From: an uncultured Acidobacteriaceae bacterium
GTDB lineage: Bacteria > Acidobacteriota > Terriglobia > Terriglobales > Acidobacteriaceae
Direction of reading: 5' to 3'
NCBI GenBank assembly: GCA_963837915.1
Contig: CAWIPZ010000046.1
Coordinates: forward strand, 469 to 64,468
DNA length: 64,000 nucleotides
The notes under the pieces are model-generated. The model searched no databases. It was not told the DNA's origin and saw only the letters and a list, made by a program, of their open reading frames with translations. Every line of letters begins with the position of its first letter. Positions within the stretch are counted from its first letter, which is position 1. Positions 22,786 through 32,350 of the stretch are shown in pieces. Both the position numbers and the translations under genes were made by a program.

Positions 22786-23397
22786 TCACTCCGGCGAATA
22801 CTGCACCTGCGGTTCGGCGTCCGCCGCGCTGGCCGGGATGGTTAATGCAACCGACCCGTATTGCAATCCTTTTTCAAAGGCCTCCAGATTCAGTTTAAGG
22901 AAGCTTCGAGGAACAGAATCAGCGACCGCCTTGCGCACTGCGTCGGCATCAAGCAGGCGCGTTACTGCAGTGAAGAATCCCACCATCACCGAATTCAGCA
23001 CCATGCGCTTTCCCAGTTCTTCGGCGATCCGGGTTGCCGGGATGCTATAGACCTGGATTTCCTTATTGAGACCCGTAGGGGTGGGATCGGAAAGGCGCAC
23101 CATATCCTGCTCGACGATCAAGATGCCGCCATCTTTCAGCTCGGGAACAAAGCGAACATAGGCCTCTTGCGACATTACGATGAGAATGTCCGGGTGGGTG
23201 ACGTAGGGGTATAACACCGGAGAATCGGAAAGGACGAGCTGTGCACTGCAGGCGCCGCCACGGGCTTCCGGGCCGAAGTTCTGCGTCATGGTGGCGAAGG
23301 CTCCTTGATAAATCGAAGCTGCCTTGCCCAGGAGGATGGCCGAGAGGATTACTCCTTGGCCGCCGAAACCCGCGATACGAATTTCTGTTAACTGCAT
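22786..23397 (-). CDS. 2-oxoacid:ferredoxin oxidoreductase, gamma subunit
   Basis: IRIAGFGGQGVILSAILLGKAA start. Last gene of a delta-alpha-beta-gamma operon. Confidence 0.85.
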   Translation of the reverse strand: MQLTEIRIAGFGGQGVILSAILLGKAASIYQGAFATMTQNFGPEARGGACSAQLVLSDSPVLYPYVTHPDILIVMSQEAYVRFVPELKDGGILIVEQDMVRLSDPTPTGLNKEIQVYSIPATRIAEELGKRMVLNSVMVGFFTAVTRLLDADAVRKAVADSVPRSFLKLNLEAFEKGLQYGSVALTIPASAADAEPQVQYSPE

Positions 23398-24266
23398 AAC
23401 ATCTCCGGTTGATCTTGTTCTATGTATTGGTCGCCCAGCGATTCGGTGTATTGCGCACGCATCATGGTTGCGTAGTCAGGGCGATCGCGGTCAACGAACT
23501 TGCCCACGATGATTTCCCCTGTCATGGTGAGACCCACCTCACAGGTCGGCGCTCCGTGCCGGACTTTGCTCTTCTCTTTGTAGTACTTCATGGTGTCGAG
23601 ACTATCGCCCAGTTTGTTGCGGCGTTGATAAAGCGTTGGACAGGGTGAGATCACTTCAATAAAGGAGAAGCCTTTCTTCTTGAACGCCTCGCTGATAGAA
23701 CGTGACAGTTGGCGCACGTGGAATGTGGTCCAGCGCGCGACATACACTGCGCCGGCAGCTTCCAGGAGATGGGGCAAATTGAACGATGGCTCGAACACGC
23801 CGTAGGGATTGGTGGAAGTGGTCGAGTGCTCCGGAGTGGTGGGCGCAGTCTGGCCGCCGGTCATGGCATAGATCAGATTGTTGACGCAGATGACCTTCAG
23901 ATCAATGTTGCGGCGCGCAGCGTGGATGAGGTGATTGCCCCCGATCGCCGAAAGATCGCCGTCCCCGGAATAGACGACGACGTTTAGCTTTGGGTTTGCC
24001 AGCTTGAGGCCGGTAGCGAACGGGATGGCGCGGCCGTGAGTGGTGTGGAAAGAATCAAGTTTCACATAGCCTGCCACGCGCCCGGTACAGCCGATGCCCG
24101 AGACCAAGGCCAGCGATCGTAAGTCGATTCTTGAGTCGATGAGCGCGCGCGCGAAAGAGTTCACGGTGGTGCCGATGCCACATCCCGGGCACCAGATGTG
24201 AGGCATGCGATCGGTGCGTAGAAAAGGCTCGACTGGATTGGTGATGCCGATCAAACTGTCTGACAT
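23388..24266 (-). CDS. 2-oxoacid:ferredoxin oxidoreductase, beta (TPP-binding) subunit
   Basis: HIWCPGCGIG...SGIGCTGR...GDGDLSAIGGNHLIHAARRN. Confidence 0.88.
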   Translation of the reverse strand: MSDSLIGITNPVEPFLRTDRMPHIWCPGCGIGTTVNSFARALIDSRIDLRSLALVSGIGCTGRVAGYVKLDSFHTTHGRAIPFATGLKLANPKLNVVVYSGDGDLSAIGGNHLIHAARRNIDLKVICVNNLIYAMTGGQTAPTTPEHSTTSTNPYGVFEPSFNLPHLLEAAGAVYVARWTTFHVRQLSRSISEAFKKKGFSFIEVISPCPTLYQRRNKLGDSLDTMKYYKEKSKVRHGAPTCEVGLTMTGEIIVGKFVDRDRPDYATMMRAQYTESLGDQYIEQDQPEMLCS

Positions 24267-25420
24267 CTGCTCGCCTCCACGATTACCCTGAGGATGTCTT
24301 CTGGTTTGTGAACTCCGCCACCGGCGTGCGACACGGCGAATGTCTTTGCCTGACCGGCGGCAGCTCGCTCCACTTCCCGCACCATCTGTCCCAGGTTAAG
24401 TTCGGGGACGACGAATGCTTTCACCTTCGCCGCGAGTTCGCGGATCTTATTCTCGGGGAAGGGCCAAGCTGTGATAAGGCGCAGCTTGCCGACGCGCAGA
24501 CCTTTCTTACGGGCGGACTCGATGGCCCGTTGTGCTACACGGGAGGTGATGCCGTATGAGACGACCACGACATCGGCGCTCTCGAGTTGTTCTTCCTCGA
24601 ACAAGGCAATGCAGTCGGCGGAGTTGCGAATCTTATCTTGCAAGCGCCGAACCAGCTTGTCCTGGACCAGCGGAGTCATATTGGGATAGCCGTGTTCGTC
24701 GTGGGTCAACCCCGTGACGTGAAAGTGGTAACCTTCGCCCGCGTGCGCCATTTCCGGCACTAAGTCCCCATTGGTAGCGTAGGGTAAGTAGTCTACAACT
24801 GTCTTGCGGGTGTGGCGTCGGGGCGTGATCTCGATCTGGTCGGCGGGCGGAATTACTACTTTCTCGGTCATGTGGCCGACGACCTCATCCATCATGAACA
24901 TGACGGGCACGCGGAATTTTTCGGCGAGGTTAAAGGCTTTGATGGTGAGGTCAAAACACTCCTGCGGCGAATTAGGGCAGAGGGCAATGATCTGGTAGTC
25001 GCCATGCGAGCCCCAACGCGCCTGCATCATGTCGCCTTGCGCGGGCAGTGTGGGCAGCCCGGTGGACGGGCCTCCGCGCTGCACATCCACGAACACACAA
25101 GGCGTTTCGGTCATGGCCGCGTAGCCGATGTGTTCCATCATCAAAGAGAAGCCGGGACCGGAGGTAACAGTGAACGCCTTGGCGCCGCCCCAGACCGCCC
25201 CCTGCAACGTGATCGACGCCGCAAGTTCGTCTTCCATCTGGATAAACGTTCCACCTACTTTAGGTACCCGAGAGGCAAAGCGTTCCACTACTTCGGTGGA
25301 GGGAGTAATGGGATATCCAGCAGCGAAGCGGGCACCAGCTGCTAGCGCACCCTCGCAGCAGGCGTGGTCACCATCGATGAAATGCGTGCCAGAGAGCACT
25401 CCACGAGGGTCAGCCTTCAT
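24251..25420 (-). CDS. 2-oxoacid:ferredoxin oxidoreductase, alpha subunit
   Basis: GDHACCEGALAAGARFAAGYPITPSTEV...TSGPGFSLMMEHIGYAAMTETPCVFVDVQRGGPSTGLPT. Confidence 0.88.
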   Translation of the reverse strand: MKADPRGVLSGTHFIDGDHACCEGALAAGARFAAGYPITPSTEVVERFASRVPKVGGTFIQMEDELAASITLQGAVWGGAKAFTVTSGPGFSLMMEHIGYAAMTETPCVFVDVQRGGPSTGLPTLPAQGDMMQARWGSHGDYQIIALCPNSPQECFDLTIKAFNLAEKFRVPVMFMMDEVVGHMTEKVVIPPADQIEITPRRHTRKTVVDYLPYATNGDLVPEMAHAGEGYHFHVTGLTHDEHGYPNMTPLVQDKLVRRLQDKIRNSADCIALFEEEQLESADVVVVSYGITSRVAQRAIESARKKGLRVGKLRLITAWPFPENKIRELAAKVKAFVVPELNLGQMVREVERAAAGQAKTFAVSHAGGGVHKPEDILRVIVEASRCQTV

Positions 25421-25653
25421 TTGTCACCTTTTCCGCCGGAAGTCACTTTGGTGGCGTAAATGGCGAAGTCATGGCAGTACATGCCGCATAAGTCGCAACC
25501 ACTGCACTTTTCCGGATGCACGACATGCGGTGGATGGTAGCCCTTGGAATTAAAAGCGGACGAGAGCGCGAGCACGTGCGAAGGACAAAACTCCACACAC
25601 AGGCCGCAAGCCTTGCAGTGCTCGACAACGATGGAAACGCGACCTTTCGCCAT
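25417..25653 (-). CDS. 2-oxoacid:ferredoxin oxidoreductase, delta subunit (2 x [4Fe-4S] ferredoxin)
   Basis: CKACGLCVEFCP and CSGCDLCGMYCH cluster motifs. ATGA overlap with the alpha subunit gene. Confidence 0.85.
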   Translation of the reverse strand: MAKGRVSIVVEHCKACGLCVEFCPSHVLALSSAFNSKGYHPPHVVHPEKCSGCDLCGMYCHDFAIYATKVTSGGKGDK

Positions 25654-25728
25654 GAGATCTCCCCGCTGAATGGCGGTAGAACACCCACGAAATCAGAGGT
25701 CATTATGCTTTGGAACGAGGCTGTTGGA

Positions 25729-25744
25729 TGTGACATCCATCACC
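25729..25744. promoter_or_regulatory. CRP-type box TGTGA-CATCCA-TCACC
   Basis: GTGA-N6-TCAC palindrome between the divergent oxidoreductase operon and the cytochrome c gene at 25938. Confidence 0.45.
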
Positions 25745-25937
25745 GGTGTTCGTGAAGTACAGCACACTCCTCCGGAGCGGTCGGGAAAGCGAGAAGGCGG
25801 CAACAAACGTTGAGCTGGGTCTCGGGGAAATTCCTCCAGGCGTTACGTCACTGTGGCACAAGACACAATGGATGGTGCCATTCATCACCGCAATCAGGAA
25901 AGCTGTGGACTAAGAATCAGTAGAAGGAGAAAATCCG

Positions 25938-26390
25938 ATGTCTCTAAGGAAATTGATTCTAGCGTTTTCTGTCCTGATCGTCTTCACCTGCGGGGCCGCC
26001 GCGCAGGAGCAAACGCAGGACCAAACAAAGACTACGATCCAGCATGTCACCATCAAGCCCACATCGGCTGCATCCGGCAAGGAAATGTACACATCGTACT
26101 GCGCCGTTTGTCATGGAACGGACGGCAAAGGCGGGGGTCCTGCGGCTAGCGCGCTGAAGACTCCGCCCGCCGACCTTACGATGCTGAGCAAGAACAACGG
26201 AGGCAAGTATCCCGCTCTGAAAGTCACTTCCACCATCCGCGGCGGCGCGTCTAATCTTCCCGCGCACGGATCCAAGGAGATGCCAGTTTGGGGACCGTTG
26301 TTTTGGGGAATGAGCAATGGACACGATGTAGAGGTGCAACTACGGGTAACGAACCTTACGCACTATATCGAAACTCTGCAAGCGAAGTAG
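25938..26390 (+). CDS. Monohaem c-type cytochrome (secreted)
   Basis: Signal peptide MSLRKLILAFSVLIVFTCGAAA, one CAVCHGTDGKG motif, and a distal MPVWG. Confidence 0.8.
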   Translation: MSLRKLILAFSVLIVFTCGAAAQEQTQDQTKTTIQHVTIKPTSAASGKEMYTSYCAVCHGTDGKGGGPAASALKTPPADLTMLSKNNGGKYPALKVTSTIRGGASNLPAHGSKEMPVWGPLFWGMSNGHDVEVQLRVTNLTHYIETLQAK

Positions 26391-26537
26391 GCCGTCGAAC
26401 GAGCATCTGCAAAACCGGCACAGAGCCAGTCGGGCATGAGCACGGGCTCGTGTCCGCTGCTCGTCTGTCGCGGAACTGATCGCCTCAGTCTGGCCAGTCA
26501 GCGTGACCCATCGGCTTTTAATCTCGACAATTATGTT

Positions 26538-27578
26538 CTAGCCCCCACTAAGGATTCTCCAGGCCTCGCGGGCGGTGACTTTTACATGCTGCACGCTCTT
26601 GACCGCCTTCATGTATTGCGCCCGCTCGAAAGCTGAAGGATCGGGACAGCGAATCTGACTCATGCTGCCCTTCATTTGCTGAACCGATTCGTATTCGTGT
26701 TCTTCCATCCATGCCCGGACGCCATCCTCAATCTTCTCAAGGTGACCGATGCCGTTGCGTAGCAGCGTCGAGCAGAGCATAGTGACGTCGGCGCCGACCA
26801 TCAGCAGCTTTACGACGTCTTCGGGGCCATGCACGCCGCTCGTCGCAGCCAGGCTGGCTCGAATGCGATGATAAAGGATACCGATCCAGGTCAGGGGGAG
26901 CCTTAGCGCTTGTGGCGAGCTGAGCAACACGTTTGGTTGGATTTCCAGCTCATCGAGGTTGATGTCTGGCTGATAGAAGCGATTGAACAGCACCAGCCCA
27001 TTTGCTCCAGCATCGTCGAATCGCTTTGCCATATTGGCCATATTGCTGAAAAAAGGACTGACCTTTACCGCGACGGGAATGTGCACCGAAATCTTTACTT
27101 CTCGAAGAATGTCAATATAGGTCTTCTCGACGTCGTAACCTGCGGTATCTGGGTTTGTCGGAATGAAGTAGATATTGCACTCGATGGCGTCGGCTCCGGC
27201 TTGCTCGATCTCCTTCGCATACTTGGCCCATCCGCCAAGGGTCGGACCGTTGAGGCTGGCGATAATCGGAATTGTCACCGCGTTCTTGGCTTTGCGGATG
27301 TGATTCAGATATCCCTCAGGTCCCAGGCGGAACTCATCGGGCTGAGGGAAGAAACTTGCGGCCTCCGCAAAGCTGTTCGTTCCTTCCCGCAGATGATGTT
27401 CAAGTTCGAAGCTTTCCTGCCGCAGTTGCTCCTCGAACAGCGAGTACAAGACCACGGCGGATGCACCCGCATCTTCGAGGCGGCGAATGCCATCGATCTC
27501 TTGCGATAACGGCGATGCTGAAGCTACCAAAGGCGTACTAAGCTGCAAGCCCAGGTAAGTCGTGCTGAGGTCAGTCAT
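26538..27578 (-). CDS. Dihydroorotate dehydrogenase-like (class 1 DHOD fold) protein, PFOR-associated
   Basis: TTYLGLQLSTPLVASASPLS start and a TIM-barrel DHOD-like sequence. Lies 25 nt downstream of nifJ on the same strand. Confidence 0.75.
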   Translation of the reverse strand: MTDLSTTYLGLQLSTPLVASASPLSQEIDGIRRLEDAGASAVVLYSLFEEQLRQESFELEHHLREGTNSFAEAASFFPQPDEFRLGPEGYLNHIRKAKNAVTIPIIASLNGPTLGGWAKYAKEIEQAGADAIECNIYFIPTNPDTAGYDVEKTYIDILREVKISVHIPVAVKVSPFFSNMANMAKRFDDAGANGLVLFNRFYQPDINLDELEIQPNVLLSSPQALRLPLTWIGILYHRIRASLAATSGVHGPEDVVKLLMVGADVTMLCSTLLRNGIGHLEKIEDGVRAWMEEHEYESVQQMKGSMSQIRCPDPSAFERAQYMKAVKSVQHVKVTAREAWRILSGG

Positions 27579-27603
27579 AATTTCACCTTCGTCTCCCTGT
27601 GTC

Positions 27604-30600
27604 TTACTCGGTCTTAGGTGGTTCTCCGTTAAACTTCCGCTGCGCCAGATATTCGTAAAGATGAAAGCGCGTCACGGCATCACGCTGCGCCTGGTTCCAG
27701 AGCTGCTTGGCGTCTTCGGGTCTACTCTTGGTGAGCATCTTGAAGCGCGTTTCCATCAGCATGTAATCCTGAACTCTGCGCGTCGGCGTCCGTGAATCGA
27801 GCGTCAGAGGGTTCTCGCCGCGGGCAGCTCGTTCCGGGTGGTAGCGATAAAGCAACCACTGACCCGAATCGACTGCCGCTTTCTGATTCGACATCGCCGT
27901 CGTCATGTTGATGCCGTGAGCGATGCAGTGCGAATAGGCAATGATGAGACTTGGTCCGTTGTAAGCCTCAGCTTCGAGAAATGCCTTCAGCGTGTGCTCA
28001 TCTTTTGCGCCCATGGCCACGCTCGCGACATAAATATTCCCGAAGCTCATGGCGATGAGGCCCAGGTCTTTCTTGGGACCGGGTTTGCCGCCGGCGGCAA
28101 ACTTTGCCACTGCGGCGCGCGGAGTTGCTTTGGACGCCTGGCCTCCGGTGTTGGAGTAGACCTCGGTATCCAGCACAAGCACGTTGACGTTGCGACCACT
28201 GGCCAACACGTGATCCAACCCACCGTAGCCGATGTCGTAGGCCCAACCATCCCCGCCAATAATCCAAATGCTTTTCTTGACGAGCAAGTCGGCGACGGAA
28301 AGGAGTTGCCTAGCCTCGGCGGTATCGACGCCGTGCAATTTTTCTTTTAGCAGGTGCACGCGCTGACGCTGATCATAGATATCGGCTTCGTCTTTCTGCG
28401 GAGAAGTGAGAAGCACAGTCGCGAGTTCTTCACCAATCGTTCCCGCCACGCGCCGGACTAACTCTTGAGCGAACTCGGTCTGCTTATCGATAGAGAGACG
28501 GAAGCCCAGTCCGAACTCGGCGTTGTCTTCGAAAAGAGAGTTGGACCAGGCGGGGCCGCGGCCGGCTGCATTCTTGGTCCAAGGCGTCGTGGGCAGGTTG
28601 CCGCCGTAGATCGACGAGCACCCCGTGGCGTTGGCAATGATGGCGCGGTCGCCGAACAACTGCGACATCAGCTTGAGATATGGGGTTTCGCCGCAACCAG
28701 CGCAGGCCCCAGAGAACTCGAACAGCGGCTCCTGGATTTGTTGCTGGCGGATGTTGGTGACTTTAATGTTGCGGCGGTCGAGTTCAGGAATCTTGAGGAA
28801 GAAATCCCAGTTTTCGCGCTCGGGGACGCGCAGCGGAGGTTGCGGTACCATGTTGATTGCTTTGAGCCGGGTTTCGGCCTTGTTCTTGACCGGACAAACT
28901 TCGACGCAGATGCCGCATCCCGTGCAGTCTTCCGGCGCTACTTGAATCGTGTAGTTGAGACCTTGCCACTCCCGGTCGCGGGTCTCAGTAGATTTGAAAG
29001 TTCCCGGCGCGCCGTCCAGTTCTTTCGAGTCGTAAACCTTGATGCGTATGACCGAATGTGGGCAAACCATGGCGCACTTGCCACACTGGATGCAAATTTT
29101 CGAATCCCAGGCGGGGATTTCGAGCGCCAGGTTGCGCTTCTCCCATTTCGCGGTCCCAGTCGGAAAGGTGCCGTCCACTGGAAATGCGCTCACTGGCAAT
29201 TGGTCGCCGCGTCCTGCGTACATCATGCCCAGGACATCGCGCTCGAACTCGGGCGCTGAAGGTGAAAATGGGGGAGGCATCTCAATCGTGCTGGTGAGTT
29301 CAGCTGGGACGTTCACTTCGAACAGGTGAGCCAAGGTCTCGTCCACGGCCCTCATGTTCTGTTGGACGATCTCTTCGCCCTTTTTGCCGTAGGTATCGCG
29401 AATCGATTTGCGAATCGCCTCAATCGACTCGTCGGGCGGCAAGACTTTGGAGATGGCGAAGAAGCACACTTGCAAAATCGTATTCATGCGGCTGCCCATG
29501 CCGGTGTCACGTGCTACCTGATAGGCGTCAATTACGTAAAACTTTGCTCGCTTCGAAATAATCTGCTCCTGGACTAGACGTGGGAGATGGTCCCAAGTTT
29601 CATCTGCGCCGAACGGACTGTTGAGCAGGAATGTGCCGCCAGGAACCAGGGTGCTGAGCATGTCGTAGCGCTCAAGAAAAATCCACTGGTGACATGCGAC
29701 GAAGCTGGCACTGGAAACCAGATAGCCGGAACGAATCGGCTGTGGCCCGAAGCGGAGGTGCGAAACAGTCACCGCGCCTGACTTCTTCGAATCGTAAACA
29801 AAGTAGCCCTGGGCATAGTTGTCAGTGTTCTCGCCAATGATCTTGATCGAATTCTTGTTGGCTCCCACCGTGCCGTCGGCCCCTAACCCGTAAAACATGG
29901 CCCGAACAACGTTGTCAGACTCGGTCGAGAAACCGGCGTCATAAGCCAAACTGGTGTGGCTAACATCATCCTGGATGCCGATGGTGAAGTGATCTTTGGG
30001 CTGATCTGCTTTCAGATTGTCGTAGACCGCTTTGACCATGGCCGGAGTGAATTCCTTCGAGGAGAGCCCATAGCGTCCGCCCACGACCGCGGGTGGAGTT
30101 GGCCGAGGGTTGTAACCGGCTTTCACTCCCTCATGGAGCGCGTTCACAACATCGAGATAGAGCGGCTCGCCAATCGCTCCGGATTCTTTCGTGCGATCAA
30201 GGACGGCGATCTTTTGCACGCTGGCAGGCAGGGCTTCGAGGAAAGCCTGCACTGGAAATGGACGATACAAACGGACCTTCAACAAGCCGAGCTTCTCGCC
30301 TTGCGCGTCGAGATGATCGATAGTTTCGTGTGCGACCTCGGCCCCTGACCCCATCATCACGACCACGCGATCGGCATCCGGCGCGCCGGCATAGTCAACT
30401 AAATGATACGAACGTCCTACAACGTTCGCGAATCTGTTCATCACGCTCTGGACCGTTTGTGGACACTCGCCGTAGTAAGAGTTTGCGCGTTCGCGCATCT
30501 GGAAGAACACATCAGGATTCTGCGCTGTACCACGTAAAACCGGATGATCGGGCGACAAGGAGCGCTGGCGATGCTCGAAGATGCGATCTATGTTGATGAG

Positions 30601-31179
30601 TGCGCGCATATCGTCTTCCGTGAGCATTTCGATCTTATTCACCTCATGCGAGGTGCGGAAGCCGTCGAAGAAGTGCAAAAAAGGGATGCGCGAGTCAAGC
30701 GCAGCGGCGTGTGCGATTAGCGCGAAATCCATTGCCTCCTGCACTGAATTCGAGCACAGCATGGCGAAGCCTGTCATGCGGCACGACATAACATCCGAGT
30801 GGTCACCGAAGATCGAGAGCGCGTGAGTGGCTAGGGTGCGCGCCGATACATGGAACGCTGTGGGCGTCAGCTCTCCCGCAATCTTGTTCATGTTCGGGAT
30901 CATGAGCAGGAGACCCTGGGAAGCCGTGAATGTGGTAGCAAGGGACCCGGTCTGCAAGGCACCATGAACCGCCCCGGCAGCGCCGCCTTCGCTCTGCATC
31001 TCGACCACATGGGGTGCTGTACCCCAGATGTTCCTGATTCCCTGAGACGCCCACTCATCGGCCCATTCGCCCATGGCGGAAGAAGGAGTGATCGGATAGA
31101 TAGCAATCACCTCGTTAACCCGGTAGGCGATGTATGCGACCGCCTCGTTTGCATCCATGGTCTTAAACTTGCGTGTCAT
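27604..31179 (-). CDS. nifJ: Pyruvate:ferredoxin (flavodoxin) oxidoreductase, single-polypeptide type
   Basis: About 1190 aa. TMDANEAVAYIAYRVNEVIAIYPITPSS, ferredoxin motifs CIQCGKCAMVCPH / CTGCGICVEVCP, and TPP region GGDGWAYDIGYGGLDH. The longest ORF extends to 31278, and the MTRKFKTMD start at 31179 was preferred. Confidence 0.92.
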   Translation of the reverse strand: MTRKFKTMDANEAVAYIAYRVNEVIAIYPITPSSAMGEWADEWASQGIRNIWGTAPHVVEMQSEGGAAGAVHGALQTGSLATTFTASQGLLLMIPNMNKIAGELTPTAFHVSARTLATHALSIFGDHSDVMSCRMTGFAMLCSNSVQEAMDFALIAHAAALDSRIPFLHFFDGFRTSHEVNKIEMLTEDDMRALINIDRIFEHRQRSLSPDHPVLRGTAQNPDVFFQMRERANSYYGECPQTVQSVMNRFANVVGRSYHLVDYAGAPDADRVVVMMGSGAEVAHETIDHLDAQGEKLGLLKVRLYRPFPVQAFLEALPASVQKIAVLDRTKESGAIGEPLYLDVVNALHEGVKAGYNPRPTPPAVVGGRYGLSSKEFTPAMVKAVYDNLKADQPKDHFTIGIQDDVSHTSLAYDAGFSTESDNVVRAMFYGLGADGTVGANKNSIKIIGENTDNYAQGYFVYDSKKSGAVTVSHLRFGPQPIRSGYLVSSASFVACHQWIFLERYDMLSTLVPGGTFLLNSPFGADETWDHLPRLVQEQIISKRAKFYVIDAYQVARDTGMGSRMNTILQVCFFAISKVLPPDESIEAIRKSIRDTYGKKGEEIVQQNMRAVDETLAHLFEVNVPAELTSTIEMPPPFSPSAPEFERDVLGMMYAGRGDQLPVSAFPVDGTFPTGTAKWEKRNLALEIPAWDSKICIQCGKCAMVCPHSVIRIKVYDSKELDGAPGTFKSTETRDREWQGLNYTIQVAPEDCTGCGICVEVCPVKNKAETRLKAINMVPQPPLRVPERENWDFFLKIPELDRRNIKVTNIRQQQIQEPLFEFSGACAGCGETPYLKLMSQLFGDRAIIANATGCSSIYGGNLPTTPWTKNAAGRGPAWSNSLFEDNAEFGLGFRLSIDKQTEFAQELVRRVAGTIGEELATVLLTSPQKDEADIYDQRQRVHLLKEKLHGVDTAEARQLLSVADLLVKKSIWIIGGDGWAYDIGYGGLDHVLASGRNVNVLVLDTEVYSNTGGQASKATPRAAVAKFAAGGKPGPKKDLGLIAMSFGNIYVASVAMGAKDEHTLKAFLEAEAYNGPSLIIAYSHCIAHGINMTTAMSNQKAAVDSGQWLLYRYHPERAARGENPLTLDSRTPTRRVQDYMLMETRFKMLTKSRPEDAKQLWNQAQRDAVTRFHLYEYLAQRKFNGEPPKTE

Positions 31180-31285
31180 GATCATCCGCCTATCGTTATA
31201 TGCAGAAAGGTGTCTGCAGCCCCACTTGGCTGCATAAGCATGGATGAAGTTGAACATCACCGCAGCAAGACAAGTCACAGACTTA

Positions 31286-31301
31286 TGTGATCCACGTCAC
31301 A
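31286..31301. promoter_or_regulatory. Perfect CRP-type box TGTGA-TCCACG-TCACA
   Basis: Exact match to the TGTGA-N6-TCACA consensus in the nifJ/crp divergent region. Confidence 0.55.
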
Positions 31302-31310
31302 CAAGGCCGT

Positions 31311-31326
31311 TGTGAGCCAGATCACG
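31311..31326. promoter_or_regulatory. CRP-type box TGTGA-GCCAGA-TCACG
   Basis: Second box; the two box starts (31286 and 31311) are 25 nt apart. Confidence 0.45.
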
Positions 31327-31400
31327 ATGGGGTGTGCCCTGCAGCACAGCCAAGGGATTCATCCCGATGGACACTGACTTCAGACATAGGAGGCTGGTAC

Positions 31401-32123
31401 ATGCTCTCGCCATACGGAATGGAGATTGTGGAACGCTGCGTTACCTGCAAGCTGCGTGCGGATCGGGTCTTTTGCAACCTGCCGGCTACCGCGCTGCAAA
31501 CCTTTGAAGACATCAAGTTCGCCACCGCATATCCCCCAGGAGCGGTGCTGTTTGTAGAAGGGCAGCTGCCACGCGGAATTTTTGTGCTCTGCAAAGGCAG
31601 CGTAAAGCTCTCCATTAACTCTCCTGGCGGTAGAACGATGATTGTAAAGCTGGCCGAACCCGGGGAAGTGTTGGGGTTGAGCGCCACCATCTCTGGCAAA
31701 CCTTACGAAGTGACTGCGGAGACGATCGATCCCTGCCAGATCAATTTCGTCAAGCGCGAGGACTTTCTCAAGTTTCTGAAGGAAGACGTGGAGGTCTGCT
31801 TCAAAGTAGCGGAGCAGTTAAGTGAAAAGTACCACAATGCTTGCAAGGAAGTGCGGTCGCTGGGACTGTCCCATTCCGCCGCCGAGAAGCTGGCGGCGTT
31901 GCTCCTGGAATGGAGTGCCAAGAACGGGGAAGCCGGCAAACCCGAGCCCCGGTTAAAGATTAGACTCACCCACGAGGAAATCGCGCAGATGATCGGAACT
32001 TCGCGAGAGACGGTTACACGGCTGTTCGCGGAGTTGAAAAAGCATCAGATCGTGCAGACCAAAGGCTCGACGTTGGTGATTCACGACACGCCAGCGTTGC
32101 GCGAAATTGCAAACCATAACTAG
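31401..32123 (+). CDS. Crp/Fnr-family transcriptional regulator with an N-terminal Cys cluster
   Basis: cNMP-binding-like fold (GAVLFVEGQLPRGIFVLCKGSVKL) and C-terminal HTH THEEIAQMIGTSRETVTRLFAELKK. N-terminal C-x2-C-x8-C (ERCVTCKLRADRVFC). AGGAGG RBS before the ATG at 31401. Confidence 0.85.
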   Translation: MLSPYGMEIVERCVTCKLRADRVFCNLPATALQTFEDIKFATAYPPGAVLFVEGQLPRGIFVLCKGSVKLSINSPGGRTMIVKLAEPGEVLGLSATISGKPYEVTAETIDPCQINFVKREDFLKFLKEDVEVCFKVAEQLSEKYHNACKEVRSLGLSHSAAEKLAALLLEWSAKNGEAGKPEPRLKIRLTHEEIAQMIGTSRETVTRLFAELKKHQIVQTKGSTLVIHDTPALREIANHN

Positions 32124-32235
32124 ACGCCTCCCTCGCCTCATAGCTGGCGAGCGCTGTCGGAAGATCGCGCCTGCGACCACTCTGGCGAAAAACGCGAACG
32201 CTTCGAAATATCACAAATCCAGAAGACGTATGTGA

Positions 32236-32251
32236 CGTGACCGCGATCACA
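32236..32251. promoter_or_regulatory. CRP-type box CGTGA-CCGCGA-TCACA
   Basis: GTGA-N6-TCAC palindrome about 100 nt upstream of the radical SAM gene. Confidence 0.45.
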
Positions 32252-32257
32252 ATTCCG

Positions 32258-32273
32258 GGTGATGAGAGTCACC
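32258..32273. promoter_or_regulatory. CRP-type box GGTGA-TGAGAG-TCACC
   Basis: Second box; the two box starts (32236 and 32258) are 22 nt apart. Confidence 0.4.
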
Positions 32274-32350
32274 GCAGGGAGATTCGTCCTCCTTTATCGT
32301 TGCCCCGTGGGTAAGCGACGGCGCCCGTTTCAAGATGGAAGGAAAAGCAC

